Shown: positions 1-10,932 of the stretch, in pieces
Numbering within the stretch: position 1 is the stretch's first letter
Layout: every line of letters begins with the position of its first letter
NCBI GenBank assembly: GCA_963753025.1
Contig: CAVWAY010000006.1
Span: 33,430 to 97,429, forward strand
Length of the DNA: 64,000 bases
Source: an uncultured Alphaproteobacteria bacterium
Lineage (GTDB): Bacteria; Pseudomonadota; Alphaproteobacteria; Rhizobiales; Aestuariivirgaceae
Direction of reading: 5' to 3'
The notes under the pieces: model-generated
What the model saw: the letters and a program-made list of their open reading frames with translations, nothing else
What the model was told of the DNA's origin: nothing
Database searches by the model: none
Translations under genes and position numbers: made by a program

Positions 1-2178
1 TCTTTCATGCGATCCAGTATCTCGCCGGCAACCAGACCCGCGAGAAACTGGAAAATTTTCGCGGGTTTAAGGGCGCGCAAAGCTATCCCTCGCGCACCAA
101 GGATAGTGACGATGTGGATTTTTCCACCGGCTCTGTTGGCCTCGGCGTGGCGCAGACTCTCTTTTCCTCGCTGGTGCAGGATTATGTGAAGGCCCACGGC
201 TGGATGAAGGAGCGGCCCGAGGGCCGCATGGTTTCGCTCATCGGCGATGCCGAGATGGACGAAGGAAATATTTACGAAGCCCTCATCGAGGGCTGGAAGC
301 ACGGGCTGCGCAACACCTGGTGGATCGTTGACTACAACCGCCAGTCCCTCGATGCGGTCATCCGCGAAGGGCTTTGGGAGAAGTTCGAATCCATGTTCCG
401 CAATTTCGGCTGGGACGTGGTGATTCTGAAACACGGGGCTCTGCAGGAAGCGGCGTTCAAGGAGCCGGGCGGCGCGGCACTGCGCGACTGGATCGACCGC
501 TGCCCCAACCAGCTTTATTCGGCGCTGACCTTTCAAGGAGGGAGCGCCTGGCGCAAGCGCCTGCATGATGAAATCGGCGATCAGGGTCCCGTTACGCAAT
601 TGATCGACAAGCGTTCCGATGAAGAGCTTGTGCAACTCATGGGAAATCTCGGCGGCCATGATACGCCGTCTTTGCTTGCAGGCATTCAGCAAGGCCGGTG
701 AACACGACAGGCCAACGCTGTTCATCTGTTACACCATCAAGGGCTTCGGCCTGCCGCTGGCCGGGCACAAGGACAATCACGCCGGACTGATGACGCCCAC
801 CCAGATGGAAGGCTTCCGCAAGGCCATGAAGGTGCGCGAAGGCCATGAGTGGGACAAGTGGGAAGGCACAACGCTTCCTGAAAAAGATCTGCAGAAATTC
901 ATCGATAAGGCCGCGTTTTTTTCCAAGGGCACACGGCGGCTGTCGAGCCCCACCATCCCCGTGCCCGCGTCACTCAGCTATCCCGCGCCGGGGGCCAAGC
1001 CCATATCCACCCAGATGGGCTTCGGCCAGATCCTCAATGAAATCGCCCGTGACGACACGGTGTTTGCCAGCCGCATCGTCACCGTGGCGCCCGACGTGAC
1101 TGTCTCGACAAATCTCGGGCCCTGGGTAAATCGCCGCGGATTGTTCGCTCGCGAAAGCATGGTCGATACCTTCAAGGCCGAGCGCATCCCCTCGACCTAC
1201 ACCTGGGAATTCTCGCCCGCAGGCCAGCATCTGGAACTCGGCATCGCGGAGTCAAACCTGTTCCTGGCGCTATCGGCCTTCGGTCTTTCGCATTCCATCA
1301 ACGGCGAGCGCCTGCTGCCCATCGGCACCGTCTATGATCCCTTCATCTACCGGGGCGCTGATCAACTGAACTACGCCTGCTATCAGGATGCGCGTTTCCT
1401 TCTGGTGGCAACGCCATCGGGCGTGACCCTTGCCCCGGAAGGCGGCGCCCATCAGTCGATCGGCACGCCGCTGGTCGGCATGGCGCAGGACGGGCTCTGC
1501 GCTTTCGAGCCGGCCTTTCTCGATGAGCTTGCCGTCATCATGCGCTTTGCCTTCGATTACATGCAGCGCAATGGCGAAGGCGACCCCGACGAGCGGACCT
1601 GGCTGCGCGACCAGACCGGCGGCTCGGTTTACCTGCGTCTCTCCACCCGCCCGCTGGAACAGCAAAGCCGCAGCATGACGCCGGAACTCGCCCAAAACAT
1701 CGTCGATGGCGGCTACTGGATGCGGAGGCCCGGTCCAAACGCGGAATTGGTCATCGCCTACACCGGCGCTCTCGCACCGGAAGCCATCGAAGCCATAGGC
1801 CTGATGGGCGAGGACCGCCGCGATATCGGGCTTCTCGCCATCACCTCGGCTGACAGGCTCAACGCCGGTTGGACCGCGGCCCAGCGGGCGCGCGAGCGTG
1901 GACAAAAAACCGCGCGCTCCCATATCGAGCGCCTATTGGAGAGCCTGCCATCCGCCTGCCAGTTGATAACCGTAATCGATGGCCACCCGACCACGCTGGC
2001 CTGGCTCGGCGCCGTCCATGGCCATCGCACCCGGTCACTTGGCGTTGAGCACTTCGGCCAGACCGGCAGCATCGCCGAGCTCTACCGCCACTACGGCATC
2101 GATGCCGAAGGCATCATGCGCGCCGCCCAGGAAGTGACATCGGGCAAGCGGATCCGGCATTTGAAGCTGGCCGAATGA
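1..2178 (+). CDS. Transketolase-like / pyruvate dehydrogenase E1 (AceE-type) TPP enzyme, 5'-partial, one frameshift near 675
   Basis: Open frame from window start (FHAIQYL..GAQSYPSRTKD..DFSTGSVGLG), TPP motif GDAEMDEG..N, C-terminal ELGIAE, GGAHQS and LGVEHFGQTG motifs; ORFs 114..701 and 619..2178 join with one indel. Confidence 0.85.
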
Positions 2179-2182
2179 ATCC

Positions 2183-2860
2183 TTAGCGCTCGCCTCCCTG
2201 CGGTGAGCCAAGCTTGAAGGTCTCGGCAACTGTATGGTTTGCGGCGAGGCTGGCTTGCCATTGGGCCTCCTTGGCGAGCTTGCCTTCCGCCTCGGTGATG
2301 AATTTCACAATCGATTTTGGATCAAGGGAGGCAAGGCCATCATCATCGCCGATGATCAGGTCGCCGGGATTTATCAACCGCCCGCCGACGACAACGCTGC
2401 AGTTCACCCGGCCGCGCTCAGCCGAAATAGGCCCCCGCGGCGTGATCGCGCGGCTGAACACCGAAAAATCATTCCATTTGGCAAGCTCCACCACATCCCG
2501 GATCGCGCCATCACAGACCAGCCCGCAACCACCGAGACGTCGCAGATGCCCGCCCAGAATCTCGCCGATCATCGCGGTTTCACTATTTCCGCCAGCGGCG
2601 ATGACCAGCACATCGCCTGGCTTTATCCCGTCCAAAGCATAAAGCACCGCGCCAAAATCCGGCGGCTCGCACAGGGCCGTCACCGCCCGGCCAAACAGGC
2701 GCGGCTGCTGGCCCGGGGCGCAAAGCGGGCGGATTGAAGGATCGATCTGGCATTCCGCATGGCTCACATCCACCGCAACAGCCACCGGCACCTGCCGCCA
2801 GCGTTCGATTGCAGCAGCAGAGGAAGTTTCAGGCGGACGGTCATCAACAACGACTGGCAT
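2183..2860 (-). CDS. RraA family protein (HMG/CHA aldolase-like)
   Basis: GDVLVI, AMIGEIL, DGAIRDV and PGDLIIGDDDG motifs. Confidence 0.85.
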   Translation of the reverse strand: MPVVVDDRPPETSSAAAIERWRQVPVAVAVDVSHAECQIDPSIRPLCAPGQQPRLFGRAVTALCEPPDFGAVLYALDGIKPGDVLVIAAGGNSETAMIGEILGGHLRRLGGCGLVCDGAIRDVVELAKWNDFSVFSRAITPRGPISAERGRVNCSVVVGGRLINPGDLIIGDDDGLASLDPKSIVKFITEAEGKLAKEAQWQASLAANHTVAETFKLGSPQGGER

Positions 2861-2878
2861 TGCAGTTAATCCTTTGGC

Positions 2879-4069
2879 CTAATGGAGTTGGCTTTTCAAC
2901 AATTGCCCCAGGGCTGTAATGCCTTTGACGATTGTTTCGTCCGGCTGGGTTGAATAACTCACCCGGGCGTGGTTCGTTTCCTGTTTCAAGGGAAAGAAAG
3001 TAGCACCCGGAACATAGGCAACCCGCGCCTTCGGCAGGCTTTGCTCCAGCATGAATTTCGCCGAGTCAAAGCCTTCGGGAAACGTAAGCCATGTAAACAG
3101 TCCGCCGCTGGGATCGGTGAACCTTACATCCTGCGGGAAGGTCTGCCGGATCGTGTCGAGCATCAGCTCCTTCTTGCGGAGATAGGTCTGTCTGATCAGG
3201 CGGATGTGCTGATCGATGTCGTAGCGTTCCAGAAAAAGCGAAACCGCCGACATGTTCAAGGTGCTGCATTGCGTGTCGACGGCAAGCTTGAGCAGTCCGA
3301 GTTTCTGAATGATGTCAGGCGACGCAACGGCCCAGCCCAGCCGCAGGCCCGGCGCCAGTATCTTGGAAAAGCTGCCCACGAAAATAACCCGGCCCTCCGT
3401 ATCCAGGCTCTTCAAGGTAGGCAGTGACGTCCCCTGATAACGGATTTCGCGGTAGGGCGTATCTTCAAGGATGATGAGATTGAAACGGTTTGCAAGCTCG
3501 ATCAGGCGCTTGCGGCGGCTCTCGCTCATGGTGACGCCGGTGGGGTTCTGAAAATCAGGCACCGTATAGAGAAGCTTGGCGTTTTTCGTGGCCAGCAGGA
3601 CGCGTTCGAGATCCTCCATATCCATGCCGTTCTCATCGATGCGAACGGTGGCATAGCGCGGCTCATAGGGATTAAACGCGATGAGCGCGCCCAGAAACGT
3701 CGGGTTTTCAGTGATGATGATGTCGCCACGGTCGATCAGCAGTTTGGCGGTCAGGTCAAGCCCCTGCTGGCCGCCCTGGAGAATCAACACCTCCTCCGCC
3801 GTGCAGGTGATTCCATCACGCCCCATCCGCTGGGCAATCTGTTCACGAAGCTTCGGGATGCCGTTTGAGACTGTATATTGCAGGGACACCTGGCCATTGC
3901 GGGCGATGGCCTCCTCATAAACCGCGCTCAATTGCTCCAGCGGAAAAATGGTTGCATCCGGATAGCCGCCGCCGAACGAGATGATGCTGGGATCGGCCCC
4001 CAAGCGAAGCAGCTCGCGGATTGCCGAAGGCTGGACGTTTTCCATCCGCCTTGCGAATTGTACGTTCAT
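2879..4069 (-). CDS. PLP-dependent class I aminotransferase (2-aminoadipate/aromatic aminotransferase-like)
   Basis: ISFGGGYP, VPDFQNPTG, EDTPY, GSFSKILAPGLRLGW (PLP lysine); start chosen at MNVQF with AGGA upstream. Confidence 0.9.
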   Translation of the reverse strand: MNVQFARRMENVQPSAIRELLRLGADPSIISFGGGYPDATIFPLEQLSAVYEEAIARNGQVSLQYTVSNGIPKLREQIAQRMGRDGITCTAEEVLILQGGQQGLDLTAKLLIDRGDIIITENPTFLGALIAFNPYEPRYATVRIDENGMDMEDLERVLLATKNAKLLYTVPDFQNPTGVTMSESRRKRLIELANRFNLIILEDTPYREIRYQGTSLPTLKSLDTEGRVIFVGSFSKILAPGLRLGWAVASPDIIQKLGLLKLAVDTQCSTLNMSAVSLFLERYDIDQHIRLIRQTYLRKKELMLDTIRQTFPQDVRFTDPSGGLFTWLTFPEGFDSAKFMLEQSLPKARVAYVPGATFFPLKQETNHARVSYSTQPDETIVKGITALGQLLKSQLH

Positions 4070-4267
4070 GTTGGGAAATTCCTGTTGATCTCGATGAGAT
4101 AAAGCCAATTTGACGGCCCCCGGTGGCCCCGTCAACTGGGCACCGTCTCGCATCTTCCGTGCAAGGAACGGATGGCTCAGGGGTATTGAAATTTTTGCCG
4201 AACCGTCTACGGTCAGCGCTGGCCAGCGGACAGAGAAGCCGTGGGATCCAGTAGGGGAGGTGTGTTA

Positions 4268-5008
4268 ATGGCGTTGCTTGACGTCCGAAACGTGTCGAAA
4301 AATTTCGGCGCCATCCAGGCGGTGAATGACATAAGTTTCTCCGTGGAACCTGGCGAGGTCGTGGGTCTCATGGGCGACAATGGTGCGGGAAAATCCACCA
4401 TGGTCAAGCTGGTTGCAGGCAACTTTCCGCCTAGTGAAGGAGAAATTGCCGTCGACGGCCATGTCTGCCATTTCCACAAACCCATTGAAGCCCGCGCCAA
4501 GGGTATCGAGGTCGTCTATCAGGATCTCGCGCTAGCCGACAACCTGACGGCGGCGCAAAACGTATTTCTCGGCCGTGAGACGAAGAAGGGTTACTGGCCC
4601 TTCAAGGTTCTCGACAAGCAGGCGATGATCGACCGGTCGGAAGAGCTGTTCGGCGAACTGAAGTCCGAAACCCGGCCGCGCGATCTGGTCAAGAAAATGT
4701 CAGGTGGCCAGCGCCAGGCGGTGGCCATTGCCCGTACCAGGCTCTCCAACGCCAAGCTGGTGCTGATGGACGAACCGACGGCAGCTATTTCGGTTCGGCA
4801 GGTCGCGGAAGTGCTCGAACTCATTCGCCGGCTCAAGTCGCAGGGCGTGGCGGTCATGCTGATCAGCCACCGCATGCCCGACGTCTTTGCCGTCTGTGAC
4901 AGGATCATCGTCATGCGCCGTGGCGCCAAGGTTGCCGACAAGCTTACTTCATCGACATCTCCGGAAGAGATCACCGGTCTCATTACGGGAGCGATCCGTG
5001 CCGCATAA
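4268..5008 (+). CDS. Sugar ABC transporter ATP-binding protein (single NBD, CUT2)
   Basis: Walker A GDNGAGKS, MSGGQRQ, LMDEPT; GGAGG RBS. Confidence 0.93.
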   Translation: MALLDVRNVSKNFGAIQAVNDISFSVEPGEVVGLMGDNGAGKSTMVKLVAGNFPPSEGEIAVDGHVCHFHKPIEARAKGIEVVYQDLALADNLTAAQNVFLGRETKKGYWPFKVLDKQAMIDRSEELFGELKSETRPRDLVKKMSGGQRQAVAIARTRLSNAKLVLMDEPTAAISVRQVAEVLELIRRLKSQGVAVMLISHRMPDVFAVCDRIIVMRRGAKVADKLTSSTSPEEITGLITGAIRAA

Positions 5009-6104
5009 AGCCAAGAAAGCCGCCGAGACGGGCCATGCCTCCATCTCCGACGTGGTGGGCATCAAGGAACAGACCGTCTTTCAAAGATTAATTGCCAGCC
5101 AGCCGTTCTGGGTGACGGTGGCACTCGCCATTCTTGTCATAGTAATGGCTGTCCAGGAGCCGAGTTTTGGTACTTCGGACAATGCCGCCAATGTAACCCG
5201 CAACTTTGCTCCCTTTGGCATTATGGCGCTGGGCATGACGGTGGTGATCATCACCGGCGGCATCGATCTGTCGGTCGGCTCGGTCATGGGACTGGTCGCC
5301 ATTGTGGCGGGCCTGTTCCTTACCTGGGAATATCCCTGGTACGTGGCCTTTTTCATGGGACTTCTGACGGGGCTGATCTGCGGAGCGGTCAACGGCTATT
5401 TCGTGGCCTATGTCGGCATGCCGTCCTTTGTCGTGACTCTCGGCATGCTGTCGATTGCCCGTTCACTCGCGGTGGTGTTTTCCGCCAACCAGATGCTTTA
5501 CAAATTCGGCCCCGACGCGCCGATCGTCAAGGCCATCGGCCAGGCGAAATGGCCAACGCATATGCCCGAGGGCTGGGCGCCGCACTGGATACCCCAATTG
5601 TCGTCGCACTTCTGGGTGATGGTGGTGCTCGGCCTGTTCGTCGGCTTCGTATTCAATTTCACCGCCTGGGCCCGCCATCTCTTTGCCATTGGCGGCAATG
5701 AGCAGGCGGCGCGCCTCACCGGTGTTCCGGTCGACTGGATCAAATTCCAGTCCTATGTGTTCTGCGCCTTCACCGCGTCCATCGCCTCGCTTTTGCTGCT
5801 CGGCTACAACGGCTCGGCGATCAACGCAATGGGGCAGGGCTATGAGCTTCGCGTCATTGCGGCAACCGTCATCGGCGGCGCCAGCCTGATGGGCGGGGCC
5901 GGCACGGCCTTTGGCGCAATTGTCGGCTCGGCCTTTCTCGAAGTCATCCGCAACGCCTTGTTGATGGCGGGCATCGATTCCAATTGGCAAGGCGCCTTCG
6001 TCGGCGGCTTCATCATTCTCGCGGTACTTCTCGGCATGCAGACCGGTGGCAAGTCCATCATCACCGCCACGGTGGAAGGGTTGCTGCCGAAGAAGCACCG
6101 CTAG
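4998..6104 (+). CDS. Sugar ABC transporter permease (RbsC-like)
   Basis: GGIDLSVGS, PSFVVTLG, GGNEQAARLTG, IAATVIGG; GTG start overlapping upstream gene. Confidence 0.92.
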   Translation: MPHKAKKAAETGHASISDVVGIKEQTVFQRLIASQPFWVTVALAILVIVMAVQEPSFGTSDNAANVTRNFAPFGIMALGMTVVIITGGIDLSVGSVMGLVAIVAGLFLTWEYPWYVAFFMGLLTGLICGAVNGYFVAYVGMPSFVVTLGMLSIARSLAVVFSANQMLYKFGPDAPIVKAIGQAKWPTHMPEGWAPHWIPQLSSHFWVMVVLGLFVGFVFNFTAWARHLFAIGGNEQAARLTGVPVDWIKFQSYVFCAFTASIASLLLLGYNGSAINAMGQGYELRVIAATVIGGASLMGGAGTAFGAIVGSAFLEVIRNALLMAGIDSNWQGAFVGGFIILAVLLGMQTGGKSIITATVEGLLPKKHR

Positions 6105-6156
6105 GAACCGGATTCACTGCCGGATAATCAGTGAGCGTAAAAATGGAGGAAAGATT

Positions 6157-7161
6157 ATGAAGAAATTTTTGTTGACTGCGGCGGTGGCCCTTGGCGCACT
6201 GACCGTGTCGATGTCGGCGGCGCAGGCGAAATATGTATTCGCGCTGGTGCCAAAGAACATGAACAACCCGTTCTTCGACCAGGCGCGTGACGGCTGCAAG
6301 AAGGCTGAAGCGGAGTCCAACGGCGCTTTCGAGTGCATGTATATCGGCCCCGGCGAGCATGGCGGCGGTGACGAACAGGTGACGATCGTGCAGGATCTGG
6401 TAGCCAAGAAGGTTGACGGCATTGCCGTATCGCCTTCCAACGCCGCAGCGATGGCCGTGGCGGCACAGGCCGCCAAGGACGCCGGCATTCCCGTTTTGAC
6501 TTGGGACTCTGACTTGCTGCCTGAGAACAAGGACCTGCGGGTTGCCTATATCGGCACGCACAACTATGAGATCGGCACCAACCTCGCCAAGCTCGTCAAG
6601 GCGATCAAGCCAAACGGCGGCACGGTCTGCATCCAGTCCGGCGGCGCGGCTGCGGCCAATCACAACGAACGCATGCAGGGCATCCGGGATGAACTGTCTG
6701 GTGCCAAATCCGCTGCCTCGCCGGGCGACAAGCTGACCGGCCAGGGCGGCTGGACGGAAGCCGAAGGCTGCCCTCTCTACACTGATGACGATTTCCCTAA
6801 ATCTGTTCAGCAGTTCGAAGACTTCATGGCAAAAAATCCCACTGTCGACGCGTTTATTCCGACCGGCGGCTTCCCGCAGTTCATTCCAGATGCAAACCGC
6901 GCCGCTGTTGGCAAATACAAAGACCAGATCGCCTCCAAGGCATTGGCTCTTGTCGTGGCCGACACGCTGCCTGTGCAGATCGACCAGATGAAGGAAGGCC
7001 TTTCGCTCGGTCAGGTTGGACAGCGTCCGTTTGAAATGGGCTACAAGACCATGATGGCCTTGCAGGCCATGAAAGACGGCAAGGCAGCACCCGCCGACCC
7101 GACTTATACGGGCCTCGATGTCTGCACGCCGGAAACAGCCGACACTTGCATCGCGAAGTAA
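6157..7161 (+). CDS. Sugar ABC transporter periplasmic binding protein (RbsB-like)
   Basis: Signal peptide MKKFLLTAAVALG..AQA, NNPFF, GQRPFEMG; GGAGG RBS. Confidence 0.92.
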   Translation: MKKFLLTAAVALGALTVSMSAAQAKYVFALVPKNMNNPFFDQARDGCKKAEAESNGAFECMYIGPGEHGGGDEQVTIVQDLVAKKVDGIAVSPSNAAAMAVAAQAAKDAGIPVLTWDSDLLPENKDLRVAYIGTHNYEIGTNLAKLVKAIKPNGGTVCIQSGGAAAANHNERMQGIRDELSGAKSAASPGDKLTGQGGWTEAEGCPLYTDDDFPKSVQQFEDFMAKNPTVDAFIPTGGFPQFIPDANRAAVGKYKDQIASKALALVVADTLPVQIDQMKEGLSLGQVGQRPFEMGYKTMMALQAMKDGKAAPADPTYTGLDVCTPETADTCIAK

Positions 7162-7182
7162 AGTATTTAACAGATTGTTTGG

Positions 7183-7209
7183 AAAGGCGGGGAGCTTCCC
7201 CGCCTTTTT
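7183..7209 (+). terminator. Rho-independent terminator / mRNA-stabilising hairpin after the binding-protein gene
   Basis: AAAGGCGGGGA-gct-TCCCCGCCTTTTT. Confidence 0.8.
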
Positions 7210-7222
7210 ATTGGAGGAAGTC

Positions 7223-7975
7223 ATGTCGAAAATGTTCTCACTGGAAAATCGCGTTGCCCTGGTGACCGGCGCCTCGCGCGGGCTGGGCCTGGCCATGGCC
7301 AAGGCCCTGAAGGAAAATGGCGCCCATGTCATTGTCAATGCCCGCGATGCGGCAGCCCTTGCCACGGCTGCAAACATCCATCGGGGCGCAACCCCTGGCT
7401 TTCGATGTGAGCGATGCCGCCGTCGCGCGTGAAGCGCTCGAAGGCATTGTCAAGGAACACGGCCATCTCGACATACTGGTCAACAACGCGGGAATTCAGC
7501 ACCGCAAGCCCCTGGTGGAATGGGAAGATGCTGATTTCGACCGCGTCATCAGTCAGTCAATCTCACCGCCTGCTTTCGCCTGGCCAGGGATGCCGCCCGC
7601 CTCATGCTGCCCCGGAAATACGGGCGCATCATCAACACCGGATCAGTGGCCGCCATTCTGGGCCGCCCCACCATCCACGCCTATGTGGCCGCCAAGGCGG
7701 GGCTGCACGGACTGACCCGCTCCATGGCAGCGGAAATGGGCCGCCATGGCATTACCATCAACGCGCTTGCCCCCGGCTATTTCGCGACCGAACTCAACAC
7801 CGCGCTCCTCAATGACAAGGCGTTCACGACGTGGGTTGAAGCACGAACCCCGGCAGGACGATGGGCGAAACCGGAAGAACTGGGAGGCGCCGTGGTCTTT
7901 CTCGCCTCCGATGCCGCTTCCTACGTCAACGGCCATGTGCTGGCGGTCGATGGCGGCCTGTCCGTGTCGCTATGA
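7223..7975 (+). CDS. SDR oxidoreductase (gluconate 5-dehydrogenase-like), frameshifts near 7375 and 7555
   Basis: TGASRGLG, NNAG, YVAAK and NALAPGYF motifs spread over three ORF pieces. Confidence 0.85.
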
Positions 7976-8670
7976 TGAACAAGCTGCCCTTTGCCCCTGA
8001 AGATCTGGAGGTCCTCAAGAAATGGGATACGCCCACCATTTGCAATGGCCTGGAACTGATCGTGCCGGAGCGGCGGGCAGTTGGTTTCACCGTTGAGCCC
8101 ATGCTCGCGGCGGACCGGAAACTGCCGCCCATCGTAGGCCTGGCCAGAACCGGCCTGGTAAGGGCCCGGGAAGAACCGCGCGGGCCCATCCCGGCCCGCG
8201 AAGACTGGTACGACTATGTTGCCGCACAGGGCTTTCCCACCATCGCGGTTATTCAGGATATCGACGACCGCCCCGGCTTTGGGGCGTTCTGGGGCGAGGT
8301 GCAGACAACGGTTCACAAGGCGCTGGGTGTCCTTGGCTGCGTGACGAACGGCTCCTTTCGCGATCTCGACATGCTGGCCCCGGGGTTCCAGATTATCGGC
8401 GGCAGGATAGGTCCCAGCCACGCTCATATACACATGGTGCAGATGAACTGTGATGCCAGCATCTTTGGAATGCTGGTGCGCCATGACGATGTGGTGCATG
8501 CCGACTTCCATGGCGCCGTTGTCATTCCAGCCGGGGCCGTGAAGAAACTGCCCGCCGCCATTGATCTTGTGTCACGGCGCGAAAGGGTGATTTTGGACCT
8601 GGCCACAAGCCCTGGATTTACCAGCCAGACGATGCGTGAAGCGCTCCGCAAATCGAAGGAAATTCACTGA
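7972..8670 (+). CDS. RraA family protein
   Basis: DTPTICNGLE, AFWGEV, TNGSFRD, HADFHGAVVIP; ATGA overlap with the SDR stop. Confidence 0.85.
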   Translation: MMNKLPFAPEDLEVLKKWDTPTICNGLELIVPERRAVGFTVEPMLAADRKLPPIVGLARTGLVRAREEPRGPIPAREDWYDYVAAQGFPTIAVIQDIDDRPGFGAFWGEVQTTVHKALGVLGCVTNGSFRDLDMLAPGFQIIGGRIGPSHAHIHMVQMNCDASIFGMLVRHDDVVHADFHGAVVIPAGAVKKLPAAIDLVSRRERVILDLATSPGFTSQTMREALRKSKEIH

Positions 8671-8787
8671 CGAACAAAGCTCCGCCGCGTGGCGCCTGTG
8701 CCGCACCACTTTCATGGCAAGCGGCGGGCAGCAAGCGCAGCCTGCGCCAGATTGCACTGAGAAAAATTTTTGGGCGTCCGTGAAGAG

Positions 8788-8863
<76 letters not shown>

Positions 8864-9130
8864 ACGATACGTGCGCCGCGTTGTAGAGGATAGGATTTGC
8901 CGTTGCAAGAAAGAAAGCCAAGCCCCCTCGCGTCCTGAAAATACAGCTTTTTACGGATTTCACGTGAGGCGTGGAAGAAGCGTGCCGCCATCGGTCCGGG
9001 CAATCTTCCATCCTCTGGCGGCTGGGAGGCATGCTTGCGGCAGCTCTAGCCTTGCCGCTAGCCGAGGGGACGGAGAACAGGGTATGATTCGGCGCGGTAA
9101 GAGATCGCGCCAAGGAATGAGCCGGGAGAA

Positions 9131-10261
9131 ATGACTGCCAAGTTCGTGCTGATGTTGTTCCTGATGTCGCTTCACCTTCCGGCCGTTTCCTGGGTGGGGA
9201 GGTACGAGGAAGGCTATATTGCGTTTCACAAGGGCGACTATGCGACGGCCCTGCAGAAGTGGAAGCCGCTGGCCGAAGAGGGAGTTGCTGAAGCTCAGCT
9301 CTCTCTGGGGACCATGTACGACAAAGGCCAGGGGGTGCTACAGGATTATGCCGAAGCGGCAAAATGGTATCGCAAGGCCGCCGACCAGGGCGAAGCTGAG
9401 GCGCAACACAATCTTGGAAAAATGTACCAGGCCGGGAGGGGCGTGACGCAGGATTATGCGGCAGCGGCAAAGTGGTATCTCAAGGCCGCCGATCAGGGAA
9501 TTTTCGAAGCCCAGCAAAATCTCGCGGTGATGTACGAGAAGGGCCAGGGGGTGCCGCAAGATCCTGCAGAGGCTGTCAGGTTGTACCGGAGGGCCGCCGA
9601 ACATGGAAACGCGACAGCGCAATACAATCTCGGAGTCAGTTATGAGAGCGGGCAAGGCGTGGCGCAGGACTCCGCTGAGGCCGCCAAATGGTACCGCTTG
9701 GCTGCCGAACAGGGTAATTCCAAAGCCCAGTACAGTCTCGGCCTGAGCTACGACCTTGGAAAGGGAGTGCCCCAGGACAATGCCGAAGCCTTCAAATGGT
9801 ATCGCGAGTCCGTCAGGCAGGGATATGCTCCGGCGCAATATAAATTCGGCGCCATGTATGCCAATGGAAAAGGCGTCGAGCAAAGCCATGCGCAGGCCCT
9901 CAAATGGTACCTGAGGTCTGCCAAACAGGGAAATGTGCTGGCCCAGCACGATGTTGCGATGATGTACGCCAGCGGCCAGGGCGCAAAACAGGATTTTGTC
10001 GAAGCCGGCAAATGGTATCGCAGGGCCGCCTTGCAGGGCCATGGGCCGGCGCAATACACATTGGGCATGATGTATTACAATGGCCAGGGCGTGCGCCAGG
10101 ACAACGTGCAGGCGCATATGTGGTTCAGCCTGAAGGCGGATGGCGGAGATGCCGAAGCCGTCAGGTATCGTGATATCGTGGCAAAGCTGATGACCCCTGA
10201 GCAAATCGCCAAGGCCGAGCAACTCGCCGGCAAATGGCGCGCCGCACATCCAGCGCCTTAG
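9131..10261 (+). CDS. Secreted Sel1-like repeat protein (8 full 36-aa repeats)
   Basis: Signal-like N-terminus; repeats of AxQGxAxAQYxLGxMYxxGxGVxQDxAEAxKWYRxA. Confidence 0.93.
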   Translation: MTAKFVLMLFLMSLHLPAVSWVGRYEEGYIAFHKGDYATALQKWKPLAEEGVAEAQLSLGTMYDKGQGVLQDYAEAAKWYRKAADQGEAEAQHNLGKMYQAGRGVTQDYAAAAKWYLKAADQGIFEAQQNLAVMYEKGQGVPQDPAEAVRLYRRAAEHGNATAQYNLGVSYESGQGVAQDSAEAAKWYRLAAEQGNSKAQYSLGLSYDLGKGVPQDNAEAFKWYRESVRQGYAPAQYKFGAMYANGKGVEQSHAQALKWYLRSAKQGNVLAQHDVAMMYASGQGAKQDFVEAGKWYRRAALQGHGPAQYTLGMMYYNGQGVRQDNVQAHMWFSLKADGGDAEAVRYRDIVAKLMTPEQIAKAEQLAGKWRAAHPAP

Positions 10262-10340
10262 CCTCTCCTGTGCCCGCGACATTGATTTTTCGTGCCTGCC
10301 GCGTTAGAAAAATCGCCTTGAATTGGGAGCAGGGATAACA

Positions 10341-10931
10341 ATGCCGATTACACGCCGCGCGCTGCTGACGTCCGCGTTTTTTGCCGGGTTTGCTCCCGTC
10401 TCCCGGGCACTTGCCCAGTCGGGCGAGCCTTTTCCGGTCCCCGAATCCGAAGCGCGGAAGGTCGCCTACAAGTTCCAGCGGCGCGAAATGGCCTTTAAAA
10501 CCCAGGAGCCGGCGGGAACCATCGTCGTCGATACCAAGCGCTGCTTTCTCTATCATATACAGGAAGGCGGCCAGGCGATGCGCTACGGCGTTGCCGTGGG
10601 TAAATCGAGCAAGGCGTGGACAGGCGAGGCGGTCATCAAGCGCATGGCGAAATGGCCCGTGTGGGTTCCCGCGCCCTATCATCTTGAGCAGATCCCCTCC
10701 CTCGCCAAATACATCAACGGCATGCCGGGAGGCCTCGACAATCCCATGGGAGCGCGCGCCATGTATCTTTATCAGGGCGAGGTCGACACGATCAACCGCA
10801 TCCACGGCTCCGCCAAGCCATCCGAAATCGGAAGCAAGAAAACCGCGGGATGTTTCGGCATGCTGAACATCGACATCATCCACCTCTATGACCGGGTGGC
10901 GATTGGAACCCGCGTCGTGGTTTTGGGTTAG
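10341..10931 (+). CDS. L,D-transpeptidase (YkuD family) with Tat signal
   Basis: TRRALL Tat motif; NPMGARAMYL, RIHGS...GC catalytic motif. Confidence 0.92.
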   Translation: MPITRRALLTSAFFAGFAPVSRALAQSGEPFPVPESEARKVAYKFQRREMAFKTQEPAGTIVVDTKRCFLYHIQEGGQAMRYGVAVGKSSKAWTGEAVIKRMAKWPVWVPAPYHLEQIPSLAKYINGMPGGLDNPMGARAMYLYQGEVDTINRIHGSAKPSEIGSKKTAGCFGMLNIDIIHLYDRVAIGTRVVVLG

Positions 10932-10932
10932 A

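Noticed and set aside
6061-7377. Long antisense ORFs (this one, also 13057..14154, 27283..28440, 53849..54880, 61870..62847)
   Set aside because: Shadow frames of well-supported genes, expected in high-GC DNA; no motifs
9280-10140. 108-nt periodicity as a DNA repeat element
   Set aside because: Fully explained by the 36-aa Sel1 protein repeats
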